From Heterodontus francisci (taxonomy: Eukaryota), in the NCBI RefSeq assembly GCF_036365525.1, contig NC_090373.1:66284441-66348440 (forward strand): DNA of 64,000 bases, given 5' to 3'. The number at the start of each line of letters is the position of its first letter. Positions within the stretch are counted from its first letter, which is position 1. Positions 22,776 to 35,931 of this stretch are shown here, in pieces. The notes under the pieces were generated by a model. That model saw nothing but the letters and a program-made list of their open reading frames with translations, was not told the DNA's origin and made no database searches. Made by a program: the position numbers and the translations under genes.

Positions 22776-24814
22776 CTGCTAACAATAGATTTAAATGGAC
22801 TAATTAATATTTATTTAGTGATGTACCTGCAGCAAGAAGTTACTACAAAAGCTTGCTCATTCATATTGTGTTTCTTTTGCCGGAGGTATGTCTACCTCTG
22901 ATGTTGGCCTTGTAATATAAATGCAGCATCAGTCAATACTTCACATATTGTAGCATTCACTGTTTATATATGGGCATTTTAAAGTTAAGCATAATTCTTT
23001 GTGAAAGTGTTTTTATTCAAAAGGGTATTGATGGAGAGGCTCGTCTTTAACTGCTACAGCTCATTCTACTCTAAAAGGATGGGCTGACTGAGGAAAGCAG
23101 TTTGCAGACTTGAATTGAAACATGAGAAGGCAGTGATGCATGTTGAAAAAAACCTTGTGGGAAAGAGTTACACTAAAATAGAGCTTTCTAGATCATGCTG
23201 GAGCAGCAGATTTCCACTGTTGTCAAATTGCTACCAGCATTCTGATGGAGCAATGATTATGAAGCAAGATACTTGATACCTGGCTCTTCTTCACCCATTG
23301 TACCTCACCCACTAAGCCATTTTGGAGTCTGATATCACACAAATCACTTGTGGCAATATTCTCTGGATTCAGTTAACCTGTGCATCCCGAGTGGTTGAAG
23401 GAAATGGCATTTATCGAACAAGGCCTTGCATTTGTGGCACTCTGTCAGTACTTTAAACTTATGCAGATTTGCCACCAGTGATACTTATAAAGACATCCAC
23501 TCGTTCGTCCAATTACTGCTGACGTCCAGAGACAGCTGTGCACTGCATTGTCCTTTTATTCACATGAGAGGCACTTGATGTCATGGCCTTTTGTTTACAC
23601 CCTGGTTTTTGCAATTGGTCATCATGTGCGCACCATTTCCCGCACTATTTACAAGCAGCAGTGAAGCCAGATGGCAAAATGAATGTGAAACCAAAACTAA
23701 TAACTAGTTTGCAATGAGAATTAATAATGTTCCCTTGGGGAAGAGACCTGTTGTTGTTGTATATTGTGATGTTTAGGCTGGCTGTAATGAAAATTTCAGC
23801 TTTGACCTAATTCTGGAGCCGGATGATAGATAGTTAGATCACCAGCAGTGTTCAGTTTTAATTTCAGCCCAACCAAATTTTCATTGCAACAGCTTGGTGC
23901 TAAGTCAGCCTCAAAATTTATTTGTAAATCCAAGTTTTGGATCTCAATGTAAAACAAATTCTACACAATCAGCTGGATTCTTCATATCAAATGAATCGTC
24001 ATCTCATGGAGAAAAAGCACTCTGCTTCATTCTTTCCTCCATGAATTGGAGGAGTAGATTTCCACTCGATGATGATAGGTAGCTTTGTCACTCCCTTATT
24101 GCCTTTTCTGTTAAGAATGGCTGGCAGCTAAGTCGTTCAGTAAATCATACTTGTTTTTTTTCTTCTTCATCCAAAGAACACTTCAGGGTAGGGTGATGGG
24201 CAGGCAGTCTCCAAATCACCTTTAGCAATCTGCTTCCACCTCTATCATTACCCTTGCATAATAAACAGATCTTGATATGAACTGCAAACCTATCATCAGT
24301 AAGCTGGTGCAGTTTTTAACATTGTAATTTCACAGTGTGCTCCAGAAGTCATAGACTATCTGTAATAATAATGCACAATTTTTGTCTGTCCACACTTTCT
24401 TGATTGGTCAGGTGGGTCGATTTGGTGGGTGGATTCTGGCACACGTGGGACAGAGGACCTTACATCTTACTCCAGGTGCTTTGTATCAAATGGATCAAAA
24501 AAATTGTGTACTTGGTACACTCAGTACCCAAATGTTAAAATAAAGTTTTAAAATATCTAATTAACCAACCGTCATCCTATAGGTGCAGAACAATAGAGTT
24601 TGGTAGACCAATCTCACTAAACAAAAAACACTCCGCAAAGCAAGGCCCACAAACCTTACAGCAGTCGTCTTATTTTAGTGAATCTCCCTCTGCAGGTTCA
24701 GTGGACAAATCCTTGGTCGGTAATGATTCCCTGAAGGTTTACTTTGTAAATCCATTTCAGTGGAGCATAGGTTTCTCTCTGTCGGTGTAGAGCTCTCTTT
24801 ATGGATCGGAGGGG

Positions 24815-25360
24815 TGGCATGGGAAGGATCAAATGGCATGGGATGGGGATGGTATGAGTGGGAGGGGATGGCATGGGAGCAGTGGCATGAGAAGGATGGA
24901 CAGTCAGGATTGCAGCAGGACTGACCCAGGAATGTACCACAACCACCCACCACCACCGCCCCCTCCCCACTCCCCACAGCATGAAGGAGTGAAGCTGAGA
25001 TCCTGTTCCACTTTATGAATCAGCTCTGTCTTGTGTTTAGTTCAGGCATAACTGAACCTATTGAATTTTAATTAGATGATTTTCAAGATGTCAGCCAAGG
25101 AACTGCTGCTTGTGGAGGGTTAGGGGAGGGGAGGGGTCAGGGTCAATATGGTAAAGTAACGGAATGGGGATGGTATGAGAGAGATGGCATGGGAAGGATA
25201 GAATGGCATTAGATGGGGATGGCATAGGTGGGAGGAGATGGCATAGGTAGGAGGGGATGGCATGGGAAGGATGGAATGGCATGGAATGGGAATGGTATGG
25301 GAGGGATATGGATGGCATGGCAGGGAGGGGGTGGATAGGGAGGAGTGGCATGGGGGGGGT
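24815..25360 (+). repeat. Two blocks of degenerate GGCAT/GGGAT purine-rich repeats
   Basis: Repeated ATGGCATGGGA(A)GG and GGGATGG units at about 24815-24900 and 25160-25360. Confidence 0.8.
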
Positions 25361-25717
25361 GGTGAAATGCAATGATGGAATTGGTTCAATATGCTAATAT
25401 GACGGCAAATATTTTCTGGGTCTCTGCTGGTTAATTTTTTTATATGACATATGTAAGGTTTTAAATCTGCCTCCTCTTCTGGTTATAAAATGGGCTCAAT
25501 ATAGTTGCTGATAACTGATGATGTGAAAAGATAAAGGCAGTGTGACATTGAATAATATTATGAAGTACATTAGTCTCATAAAACTTATATAGTTTTTTTC
25601 TATTTCAAGCTAACATGGCACTTTCCTGTTCATTCAGTGTATTTTGTTGTATTTCAAAGTTTAGCATCCAGTAAACACTACTGTAGAGGTCACCTACATT
25701 TAAATTGTAATCTCATT

Positions 25718-26097
25718 AAAGAAAGAAAGACTTGCATTTATATGACACCTTTCATGTCCTCAGGATGTCCCAAAGCATTTTACAGCCAATTAAGTAAATA
25801 TTTTGAAGTGCAGCCACATTTGTAATGTAGGAAATGGGGCAACCAATTCGCACACAGCAAGGTCTCACAAACAGCAATGTGATAATGGCCAGATAATCTG
25901 GGGCTTTATTTAGATGTTGTTTGAAAGATAAATGTTGGCCAGGACACCAAGCAAAACTCACCTGCTTGTCTTCCAAATAGTGCTGTGGATCTTTTACATT
26001 CATCTGAGAGGCAGACAGGGCCTCAGTTTAATGTTTCATCTGAAAGGCAGTCCTCACTCAGAAGTGAGAGTGTTACTCATGGACCCAGAGCTGACAT
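25718..26097 (-). mobile_element. DeuSINE/SacSINE1-type SINE with L2-like tail
   Basis: Homologous to 46155-46620 (-), 47905-48060 (-) and 51661-51990 (+); tail ATATAAATGCAAGTCTTTCTTTC. Confidence 0.8.
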
Positions 26098-26699
26098 GAG
26101 GAAAAGAATCTTGATCATAACGCATTTGAACCAGATTGTTAACTTTAGGCTAATTTGATGTGTAGCTATTAAAGGAATGATTTAATATTAAACTATTATT
26201 TTATCGTCATACATCTCAAAATCAAATTTAACCTTGCAAGGCCTACTGAGCATTAGCTATGCATTCAAAATAAACAAGTTGAACTAGTCCTAGCCTATAG
26301 AGGCCCTTCTCTGCAGATCCCATTTATTCTCTCTCTCTCTTTCTGCTTTTGTGTTTTTTCCCAGTGTTTTTAAAAGAATCTTTAATAGCCTGACTGATAT
26401 TGTACTATTCCTGTTTTTTGTTCTACTATATTTCAGCTTTATCCTCTAAATTGCCATGCTGGAATCAATTACTTTTTCCTTCTCCTCTCTTTCTCTGCCA
26501 TGTTCTGGTATTATGTGCCCCCTCTACAGACTCTACCCTCGCTAATTGTTGACTCTATTCTGATTATATCGACCTGTAAAGCTGCAATCTTCTTCTGAAT
26601 CCCTAGCTGCAATTTCTTGACTGCCCTCCTTTAACTTTCAACCTTATCTTTTCAATTTTTAAGTACTTTTTATGGCTCTAAGTCTTGAGTCTGATTATG

Positions 26700-27860
26700 T
26701 CATAGAAACAAAGACTGATAAAGCACAGATGAGGCCATTCAACCCAACATACCTGTGCCGGCTCTTTGAAAGAGCTATCCAATTAATTCCACTCTCCTGC
26801 TCTTTCCCCATAGCCCTGCAGGTTTCCCCACTTTGAGTATTTGCCGAATTCCCTTTTGAAAGTTTGTATTGAATTTGCTTCTGCCACCCTTTCAGGCAGT
26901 GTATTTCAGATCATACCAACTTGTTGTGTAATTTCTTTTCCTCGAGTTGCCTCTTGTTCTTTTCCCAATTACTTCAAATCTGTGTCGTTTGGTTGCTGAC
27001 CCTTCTACCATTGGAAACAGTTTTTCCTTATTTACTTTATCAAAACCCTTAATGATGTTGAACACCTTTATCAAATCTCCCCTTAATCTTCTCTGATCTA
27101 AGGAGAACAGCCCCAGTTTCCCTAGTCTTTACATGTAACTTAAACCTTTCATCTCTGCTACCATTCTAGTAAAACTCTTTTGCACCCTCTCTAAGGCCTT
27201 AACATCCTTCCAAAGTGTGGTTCCCAGGATTGGACGCAATAATCCAACTGGGGCCAAACCAATGATTTATAAAGGCTTAGCCTAACTTACTTGCTCTTGT
27301 ACTCCATAGAAGAAACAATTGTTCACGTAGCCCCCCCCCCCACCGGCTTCAAATCTCACTACATAGACATATGTTGATTCCCCAGGGGCAGATTGTGCAT
27401 GAGGCAGTACCTGCATGGCTCATACTGTGTTCCTCAATGATTTCAGTGAAGAACGCCACGCAGGTTGGCAGGTTACAGCCCGTGGCACTGCTTGCCCCCA
27501 GGGAATTGATGGAGTCTGTGTAGCGCCGCTTGAATCTGCACTACTTGTAAGATTTTCTCTCCTATGCTTCTATCTATAAAGCTGATGTTCCTGTATGCTT
27601 CCATGACAGCCTTTTCAACTTGTATGCATAGGTCTCTCTGATCCTGCACCCCCTTCAAAGCTATACTTTTTAGTGCATATTGTCTCTCCTTATTCTTCTT
27701 AACAAAATGTATCATTACACACCACGACTGTCTGCCTTCTGTCTCTTAGCCAATTTCATGTCCACACAGCCACTGTCCCTTTAATCCCATCGGCTTCAGT
27801 TTTGCTAACAAGTCTAATATGTGGTGCTTTGTTAAATGCCTTTTGAAAGTTCATATATCC
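26700..27860 (-). mobile_element. CR1 3' fragment, decayed, with an unrelated insert at about 27310-27560
   Basis: ORF 26892-27074 IKVFNIIKGFDKVNKEKLFP; ORF 27473-27715 IHFVKKN...QDQRDL. Confidence 0.85.
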
Positions 27861-28943
27861 AACATCAACTGCACTATCCTCAGAAATTTAGCCCAGTTAA
27901 TTTTCAACTGGAGCAGTTTTTAGCCCTGGACTCAAACAGCCCAGGAACTGCATTCAGAAAACCCAAATTTATTTTCCCTATGAGTTGGCAGTGAAGGGAG
28001 ATTTCTGATGAACTAAATTGAGTTGGATTTCAATCTGGTTCTCTCAGGTGAAAAAAAACAGTTTTGTAAATTTACTATTCCACTGGAGTGGGTGAGAGGT
28101 TGGGTGGAAGGGAAGTTTACCATATTATTACAGAGTCAATTTTGTTTATTTGGTATTTATTTTATTTGTATAACTTTCAAACATTATTTGTTTGTAACAA
28201 TGCCGAATTTAGAATACTTGTAAAGTGAAGTAAATGTTTATCAGAAGAAAGCCAAAACATTACAATGGAATTTGATAGCATATGAAATGAGGATATTCAG
28301 GATTGATAGTTGAAGGCATGCAACACCCTAATGATTTCATGAGTAAATGTGGCATCCTATTTAGCTACAATGGCCTGGAAAGTCCCAGGTCCCATTTCCT
28401 GCCTGTGTTTGATTTGCTTTTCTCCAAGTGGCTGGAAGTCAGAATGCTGCAATTGGGTTTGTCATCCATGGGCTTGAGAGAGGGAAAAAAATCAGCTAGG
28501 ATTCTGCTTATGATTGCCATTGTAACAAAGGGACAAAGAGGCTAATATATGCTTAGATGTGCAGGGCAAGGGTAATATACTTAATGAGTACTTTGTTCAC
28601 TAAGAAAGTGGAATCTGACAAAATATTGGTAGAAGCGGAGAGAGTAGAGGCAATGGATAGGGTAAAAATTGAGAGGGAGGAGGTACTAAAAAGGCTGGCT
28701 ATGCTTAGAATAAATAACTCACCTGGTCTGGATGGCTTGCATTCCAGGTTGCTAAAGGAAGTGAGCATGGAGATAGCAGAAGGGCTTGCCATAATCTTCC
28801 ATTCTTCCCTGGATACGGGGGAGGTACCAGAGGATTGGAGAGTGGCAAATGTGACACCCTTATTCAAGCAAGGGTGTGAGGATAGTCCGAGCAACTACAG
28901 ACCAGTTAGTTTAACATCAGTGGTGGGTAAGATTTTAGAAACA

Positions 28944-30817
28944 TGTCACATTCATGGGAAGTGCGGCGATGGAAATACAAAATAAACTGAAGAACTATAA
29001 AAAATTAGAACAATGTAAAAAAACTGGTACATTTTTGCCTTCAACAAGATGGAGGACACAGTCACATGATAAATACCATCTCCTGCACTAAAATACGCAT
29101 CCATATCTACTAAGAACTAAAACTCATTAACCCTGTCTGCATTGAAATGAGACAGTTCATCACAATTGGATGTGAGATAGCCACAAAACAACCTGAAACA
29201 AGGACACTCACAGACTCCACATCTCCAGCTACTATTAGTACAATAAGATGAGAATATCCCTCATCTTATCAAAATGGGCTGAGATCAGAAGCCATTGTAT
29301 AGTCCCTTAGGAAGCAAAAGCCTAAAGTCTCATGGACAAAACTAACACTTGATGAATTTATCTGTTAAGGTGACCTTTTTGGAGAATAAAGAAAGTCATT
29401 CAAGTTCACAACATCAGAACACCAATCATCAAGATCAGTCTGAGATCTCCAGCAGCAGAGAGAACATCAAAAGCCATCTTTAATTCCAAGCACAAGGCTG
29501 AGAGAGAGTGAGAGATCAATTCCAGCTAAGATATTTGAACCCTGCTGAGACGAGTTGGCAACCAACTGCAGCAGCGAAGTAAGAGAATGCCTTTTGAACA
29601 ACTCCTTCACCTGTGAAAATTGAACTAAGAGATACCAACACTATCTTCAAACTGAAGTATTGTCTCCCAGGAGACATCAGTAACCCAGCAAGGGCAAGAT
29701 AACCAGCAAATAGGCCTGCAACTTTAAAACTTATCTCCTAAGAGGATTCCACAGGTTTTTCTTGAAAACAGTAGACGTTGACGCCTGGAACTCTTAATGC
29801 CTCTTACCCTTTACTATCTATCTATTTTTTTTGAGTGTGCATGAGAGAGTGAATGTATGCGTGGGTGGTGTTTTGAATATTTCAGGTTATTATTGTTTAA
29901 TAAATATTTAATCTTCTGTTTTAAACTCATGTGAAAAGCTATCACAGTCTAGTTATTTGAACAACAAAACACAGGGGCTGAAACAATGGGCTGGATTCTA
30001 TGAGCTCGCTGCCAATCTCGGTGGCGAGCTCAGAAATTGGCGGCATGCTTGCACAGGCTGCATGCCATAGAGCCACAGCGATCTTAGGCACTGCGGCTCA
30101 TTTAAATAGCCAGGGCAGCCCGCCCCACCCACCAATCATGTGGAGGGGGTGGGCTGTCCATCCCTGGCAATGGCATCAGCTGCCTGTGCGCAGGCTGCTG
30201 GCGCCATTTTTAAAGGGCAGCCAGCCCGGCCAGGATATTTAAATTATTAAAGATATATCCCCCAGAATTACATAAATAAAGTTCCAATGCCCCTTTCCCA
30301 CCCCCAAAAACACTTACCTTTAATATCTGATCTTCCCTACCAAACTTCACAAAGTTTAAAGCTTGACCCCTTCCACCCCCCTCCCACACTGATAAACTTC
30401 CGTCCTACACCACCCCCGCCCCCACCAGTGTCGCACCTCGTTTCCCCAGATGGGGATCTGAAGGTGCGGGAGTGCTGGCCACCACACCGAAGATCGCGGC
30501 GGGCCCTTAAGATCGCAGGTGAGTATATTTAAATTAATTAATTTTATTGATTTAAATATTCAAATTGTAGTCCCGTTACCCAGCGGCAGGGGGGCTACCA
30601 CGGAGCCTCACTGCCCCCGGGAGTATCTGGCTGGGCCCTGCTGGCATCAGGTTCCATGGCGGGCCTCACCCAGAGCCATCTTCAGAGTCCCTTGCACAGA
30701 TCACACGTCGAGGGCTGCTTAAAATCCAGCCCAATAATTTAAACAAAACACTACCTGTGGTCAGTTGGGAGGTGACCAGTGGAAACCAGCCACACCATTT
30801 CCGATCTATTCATAACA
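28944..30817 (+). mobile_element. Solo LTR (about 1.1 kb without the nested MITE)
   Basis: TGTCACA...CATAACA termini interrupt CR1 exactly; AATAAA near 29899; TSD poorly preserved (AACA/CTCA). Orientation is tentative. Confidence 0.72.
29988..30732. mobile_element. MITE (PIF/Harbinger-like non-autonomous DNA transposon)
   Basis: TIR GGGCTGGATT / AATCCAGCCC; perfect 3-bp TSD AAT. Confidence 0.88.
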
Positions 30818-33367
30818 CTCAATAATAAGGGAAAAAAGTCAACAGACACTTGGAGAGGTTCATACTTCATCATAAGGAAAGCCAGGATGAATTTGTAAAA
30901 GGGAGATCATGCTTGACTAATCTAATTGAATTTTTTGATGAAGTATGAATTTTAAGAAAGCATTTGATCAGGTACCACATAAAAGGCTGGTTAACAAAAT
31001 TGAGGCTCATGGAATATGAGGGTCAGTGTCCAATTGGATAAAAACATTGGCTTTAGGAAAGAAAACAGCGAGTTGTGGTAAATGGTTGTTTTTCAGACTG
31101 GAGGATGGTAGACATTGGTGTTCCCCAAGGGTCAGTGCTGGGACCATTGCTTTTTTGCTATATATAAACTACTTTGATCTTGGATATAGAGTAGAATTTC
31201 AAATTTGCTGATGGCACCAAACCTTGAGGTGCGGCAAACAGTAAGGATGATATGAACCGCCTGCCACAGGACGGAGATAGACTAGCAGAATGGGCAGAGA
31301 GGTAGCAGATGGAATTTAATACTGACAAGTGTGAGGTGATGCATTTTGGCAGAAGGAATAGGGAGAGGCAATATATACTTAATGACACAGTTCTGAAAAG
31401 TGTGCAGGAACAGAGGGACCTGGGGGTACATGTGCATTGATCTTTGAAGGTGGCAGGACATATTGAGAGAGTGGCTATTAAAGCATATGGGATTTTGAGC
31501 TTCATAAATAGAGGCATAGAATACAAAGGTAAGTTATGCTGAACCTTTATAAAGTTCTGGTTCAGCCCTAATTGGATTATTGTTTCCATTTCTGATCACC
31601 ACACTTTAAGAAGGATGTGAGGGCCCTTGAGAGGGTGCAGAGGAGATTTACCAGAATGGTTCCAGGGATGGGGGATTTTAGTTCCAAGGTTAAGTTGGAA
31701 AAGCTGGGATTGTTCTCCTTAGAGCAAAGGAGATTGAGGGGAAATTTAATAGAAGTGTACAAGATATGACAGGCTTAGATAAGTTAGGCAAGGAAAAACT
31801 GTTCCCATTAACTGATGGTACAAGGACTAGGGGACACAAATTGAAGATTTTGGGCAAGAGATGCAGGGGGAATGAGAGGAAGAAATTTTTTATGCAGTGG
31901 GTGGTAATGACCTGGAACTCGCTGCCAATGAGGGTGGTGGAATTGGAGACGATCAATAACTTCAAAAGGAAATTGGATGGCCACTTGAAGGAAATAAAAC
32001 TTGCAGAGCTACGGAGATCAAGTGGGGGAGTGGGACTGACTGAATAGCTCCGTGGAGTTCTGACATTGACTCGATGGGCCGAATGGTCACCTTCTGTGCC
32101 GTAAATGACTCTATGACTCTAAGCCTCCCAATATTGTACTTGTATTGTTTTTTTGGATGACTGGAATGCAGTGCTTCTAAAAGGTCCAGACAAGTCAAAC
32201 TAACATATAAATATGTCATTCACTTCCTGCCTATACATTACTGCCATACATCATTTGTTGCTTCTATGTGGCAAGAAACGTCTCCTATCCTGCTCCGTCT
32301 TAAAAAAGCAAACAATATAAACCACAAGCAATGAATATCTCTTTTCCCTTTCACCAAAGAAATCCATAATGCGTTACTATTGAAACTTGTGTTTTTCGTG
32401 GTGTGAAACAGAGTAAAGAAACAATAACAGTGCAACAATTGCATATTTATTGCTCTACAAACAATCCAAAATCATTCGAAATTTGACTAAGTTCATGAAT
32501 TTTACAGCAATTGCCCTGCAAATGAAAACAAACTGCGAGTTCTTCTATTGTTTTTTGATTCCTTTTATCAACATTTTACAATAGTTTACATGGTGCAGCG
32601 TTGGTACATTTTCCACGTATATAGTTTTTCCAGGAACATATATTAATGCAGCATATGTATATGTGTTTATATGTATATTAATATATGTTGATATACTGGT
32701 GTTGAAGTATTACAGGCTTCAAGATCTAAATGCTTTGTTGGAGGTGGCCACAGCGGAAGGGAGGATTCCTTTCCAACATATCTGATGATTACGGAGGCTT
32801 GATATGCAGTGTGTTGCTACTGAAGGGTTGGCAAGACCCTTGTTAGCAGCTACAGTTCCGCACATTAGTATAGATGCTTTTCTGTCTGTTATTTTTAATG
32901 AACTGGTTAACATAATTGGTGCTTGTTATTTTAACCAAGTCATTACCTATTTAATGAGGGACCTAAAGAGAAGGAGAATAGTTAAAATTAAGAGCACAAC
33001 ATATATATGGGCTTACCTTTAGCCTTGTCGACTTGGAGTTCAGAATTGCTGAGCTGCTAGTGTGTGCAGCACAGAAGGAGACTATTTGGATTTTTTGTGC
33101 TACTTCAATTGGAGATATCGGTTCCAATTTCATTTCCCTGTCTTTCCCCATATACTTTTAATTTCTTTTTTTTTTGAATACCTATCAAATTCCCTGTTAA
33201 ATTATGATTTCTGCCTCAGTTGCTACTTGTAGCAAAACATTCTCACCTAGAATTTTAATTGAGAGTTCTCTGATGAGAGATCAGCAAATCTTCAGGAAAG
33301 CAAAAACAGGTATTTCCCTAGGGTTTCAGCTGATCTTCCATCAAAGTTATGGTGGGGATTGGAAGAA

Positions 33368-33667
33368 CGGCGCAGTGGTTAGCACCGCAGCCTCACAGCT
33401 CCAGGGAACCAGGTTCAATTCTGGGTACTGCCTGTGTGGAGTTTGCAAGTTCTCCCTGTGTCTGCATGGGTTTTCGCTGGGTGCTCCGGTTTCCTCCCAC
33501 ATCCAAAGACTTGCAGGTGATAGATAAATTGGCTGTTGTAAATTGCCCCTAGTATAGGGAATATGGGATTACTGTCAGGTTAGTATAAATGGGTGGTTGT
33601 TGGTTGGCACAGACTCAGTGGGCCGAAGGGCCTGTTTCAGTGCTGTATCTCTAAATAAATAAATAAA
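33368..33667 (+). mobile_element. HE1/V-SINE, nearly full length
   Basis: tRNA-like head, GGTGCTCCGGTTTCCTCCCAC V-domain core, CR1-type tail GGGCCGAAGGGCCTGTTTC, (TAAA)n end. Confidence 0.92.
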
Positions 33668-33695
33668 CACTGGAAATATTCAGGGCCTTCATGTT

Positions 33696-34797
33696 CTTTT
33701 TGTTCATTCTGAGGATGTGAGGGTAAGTGGGTCACTGACAAGGCCGGCATCTATTGACCATCCCGAGTTGTCCTGAGAAGGTGGTGCTGGGCCTTCATCA
33801 TGAACTGCTGCACTCTCTGGGCTGAATTTTTAGGCCTCAATGGGGGCAAGCATGGAGGTAGGTAGGCACGTAAATTCACACTGCTGGCTAGCATGCTCAT
33901 TCCCAAGCTCCATCTCGCCCCTGGGCCATTTTCCTGGAGGCGGGATGGGGGAGGCGGGGGGAGCGGGGGCGGGTGCAACAAGCAGCGGGTAGCAAATTGA
34001 CCTTGTTAAAGGCCTTTTAAAGCTAGGGAACAGTATAGCTGGAGGTGGCCTCCTGGTGGCTGACTGGGAATGGGAAGGGGGGAGCCAGCACTCCAATCAG
34101 GCTTAGAGGACCGCCCTGCCTAGCCTGGTTTCAGCTGCAGCTGCAGGCCGTACTGTGGAAGGGTTTCCCCTCCACAATAGTGACCTGGTTGCTGAGGCCA
34201 TTGTTTTTATTTTAAAGTTAAAAAAGTTGGCGAAAGGGCGCCTTCATCTTGATGTATTCTCTCTCTCATTTACCTGAAAAGGCAGCCTGCTGCTTCTTCA
34301 ATGCTGGAGGGCCTCCTATTGGCTCCTATTCAAGAGCCCACCCACCATACTTAATTGGATGGCGAGCCTGCCCCTCTAGCCATTAATTGGGCAATTTGGG
34401 GAAAATTACAGCCAGGTGACTTTTGCCCGTACAGTGCAGTCTTCTGACCCCATTTGACCCTGACGGTGCAGTTCTGAAGCACACGGAGAAAATCCTGCCC
34501 CATGTGTTTGATACAACTGAGAGCAGTTAAAATTTAAATCATGTTTGTGTGAGACTGGAGTCACTTATAGGCCAGACCCGACAAGGATGGCAGGCTTCAG
34601 TCCCTAAAAGACATTAGTGAACCAGTTAGGTTTATGTGACAATCTGACTGCTTCATGGTTACTCTTACTGACAGCAGTTTTTTATTTCCAGATTTAAAAC
34701 AAACTGAATTCAAATTCAAGAATCCCCGTGGTGGGATTTCAACTCACATTTTCTGGCTTATTAGTCCAGTAACATAATTACTAGAGTACTGTATCCT
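33696..34797 (-). mobile_element. tRNA-headed SINE with Meta-like body and Zenon-like LINE tail, split by a MITE
   Basis: The reverse complement of 34520-34690 matches 43660-43835. 33696-33815 matches the LINE 3' end at 62335-62440. Decayed A/B-box head at 34730-34797. Confidence 0.75.
33819..34500. mobile_element. MITE, Harbinger-like
   Basis: TIR GGGCTGAATTTT / AAAATCCTGCCC; GC-rich interior with motifs shared with other copies; TSD decayed. Confidence 0.8.
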
Positions 34798-34799
34798 AT

Positions 34800-35430
34800 T
34801 GTTCTATTGCTCTTTGTGTGATAATTCTGAATAAATGCCCCCTTCTTATCGAATTACCAACATAGAGGAACAATCTTTTTACTATTTTTCCACTCAAAGC
34901 CTTTCAAAATCTGAAATTCTATATTAAATTTCCCCCTTAAAGCTTTAAATTATTGAACCTTCCTTCATACCAACAACATATTGCATTTATATAGTGCCAT
35001 TAACATATTAAAACATCCCAAGGCACTTAAAACTATAACCTTTCATTCCTGATTTTATTCCTATAGCTTTTTATTCCTTCTACAATGGCATGCCTAGAAC
35101 TGCACGCAGTTGACCTAATCAATATCGTGTACAAATTCAATATTGTTTCCTTGCTTTTATATCGAATACCTACGTGTATAAAACACAGAAAGCCATTAGC
35201 ATTTTATGGCCTTTCCTACCTGTATTCCCACCTTTAAAGATGTAAGTATTTGAACCACTAGATCTTGTGGTTCCTCCATTCACATAACTTGTTGTAAAAT
35301 TTTTACTGTTTTTTTTTCCCAAAATGTACTACTTCACATTCCTCTGCCCACAATGCTAATGTCATCCTAGATTTTTCTGTACAGCTTGCCACGCCCACCA
35401 ATTTGATATCTTCAACAAACTTCGATATCT
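34800..35430 (-). mobile_element. Highly decayed CR1 fragment
   Basis: Residual similarity to the reverse complement of the CR1 C-terminal region (AGAACTGCACGCAG, CCCAAAATGTACTACTTCACATT). Confidence 0.6.
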
Positions 35431-35479
35431 GCCCATGTTAAAATGTAACCTTTAGATCCATGGCCCCTTGAAGTTAAAG

Positions 35480-35820
35480 ACAAGAACAATTTGTATTTAT
35501 ATAGCTCCTTCAATGTAGCAAAATGTTCCAAGGTACTTCACAGGAGTGATCGCGAACAAAACTTGACACTGAGCCATATAAGGAGATTTTAGGACAGGTG
35601 ACCAAAAGCTTGGTTGAAGAGGTAAGTTTTAAGGAGCGAGAGAGAAGTAGAGAGGTTTAAGGAAGGAATTGCAGAACTTAGGGCCTAGACAGTTGAAGGC
35701 ACGGCCACCAATGGTGGATGTAAATCGTGGATGCTCAAGAGACCAGAATTGCTGGAGCGCAGAAATGTCGAAGAGATGTAGGGCTGGAGGAGGTTACACA
35801 GATGAGGAGGCCCATGGTCA
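35480..35820 (-). mobile_element. L2 3' tail
   Basis: Reverse complement of the L2 tail (TTAGGACAGGTGACCAAAAGCTTGG...TTAGGGCCTAG); homologous to 46620-46880. Confidence 0.8.
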
Positions 35821-35931
35821 TGGAGGGATACCACCAACATTACTAAGAAGCTCATGTGGAAAATATGCCAATCAAAATGAATGAAATACAGGTTTTACTT
35901 AGGACTGGAAAAATACCAAGTAATTTGCACA

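Larger units (their letters stand above)
28524..32121 (+). mobile_element. CR1 ORF2 and 3' end, decayed, interrupted by a solo LTR
   Basis: ORF 28557-28985 NSPGLDGLH...PEDWRVANVTPLFK...NYRPVSLTSVVGKILE; resumes at about 30821; FFMQWVVMTWNSLP; (TGACTCTA)n tail. Confidence 0.92.

Noticed and set aside
24675-25389. Pro/His-rich ORFs
   Set aside because: Translation artefacts of the GGCAT/GGGAT low-complexity repeats.
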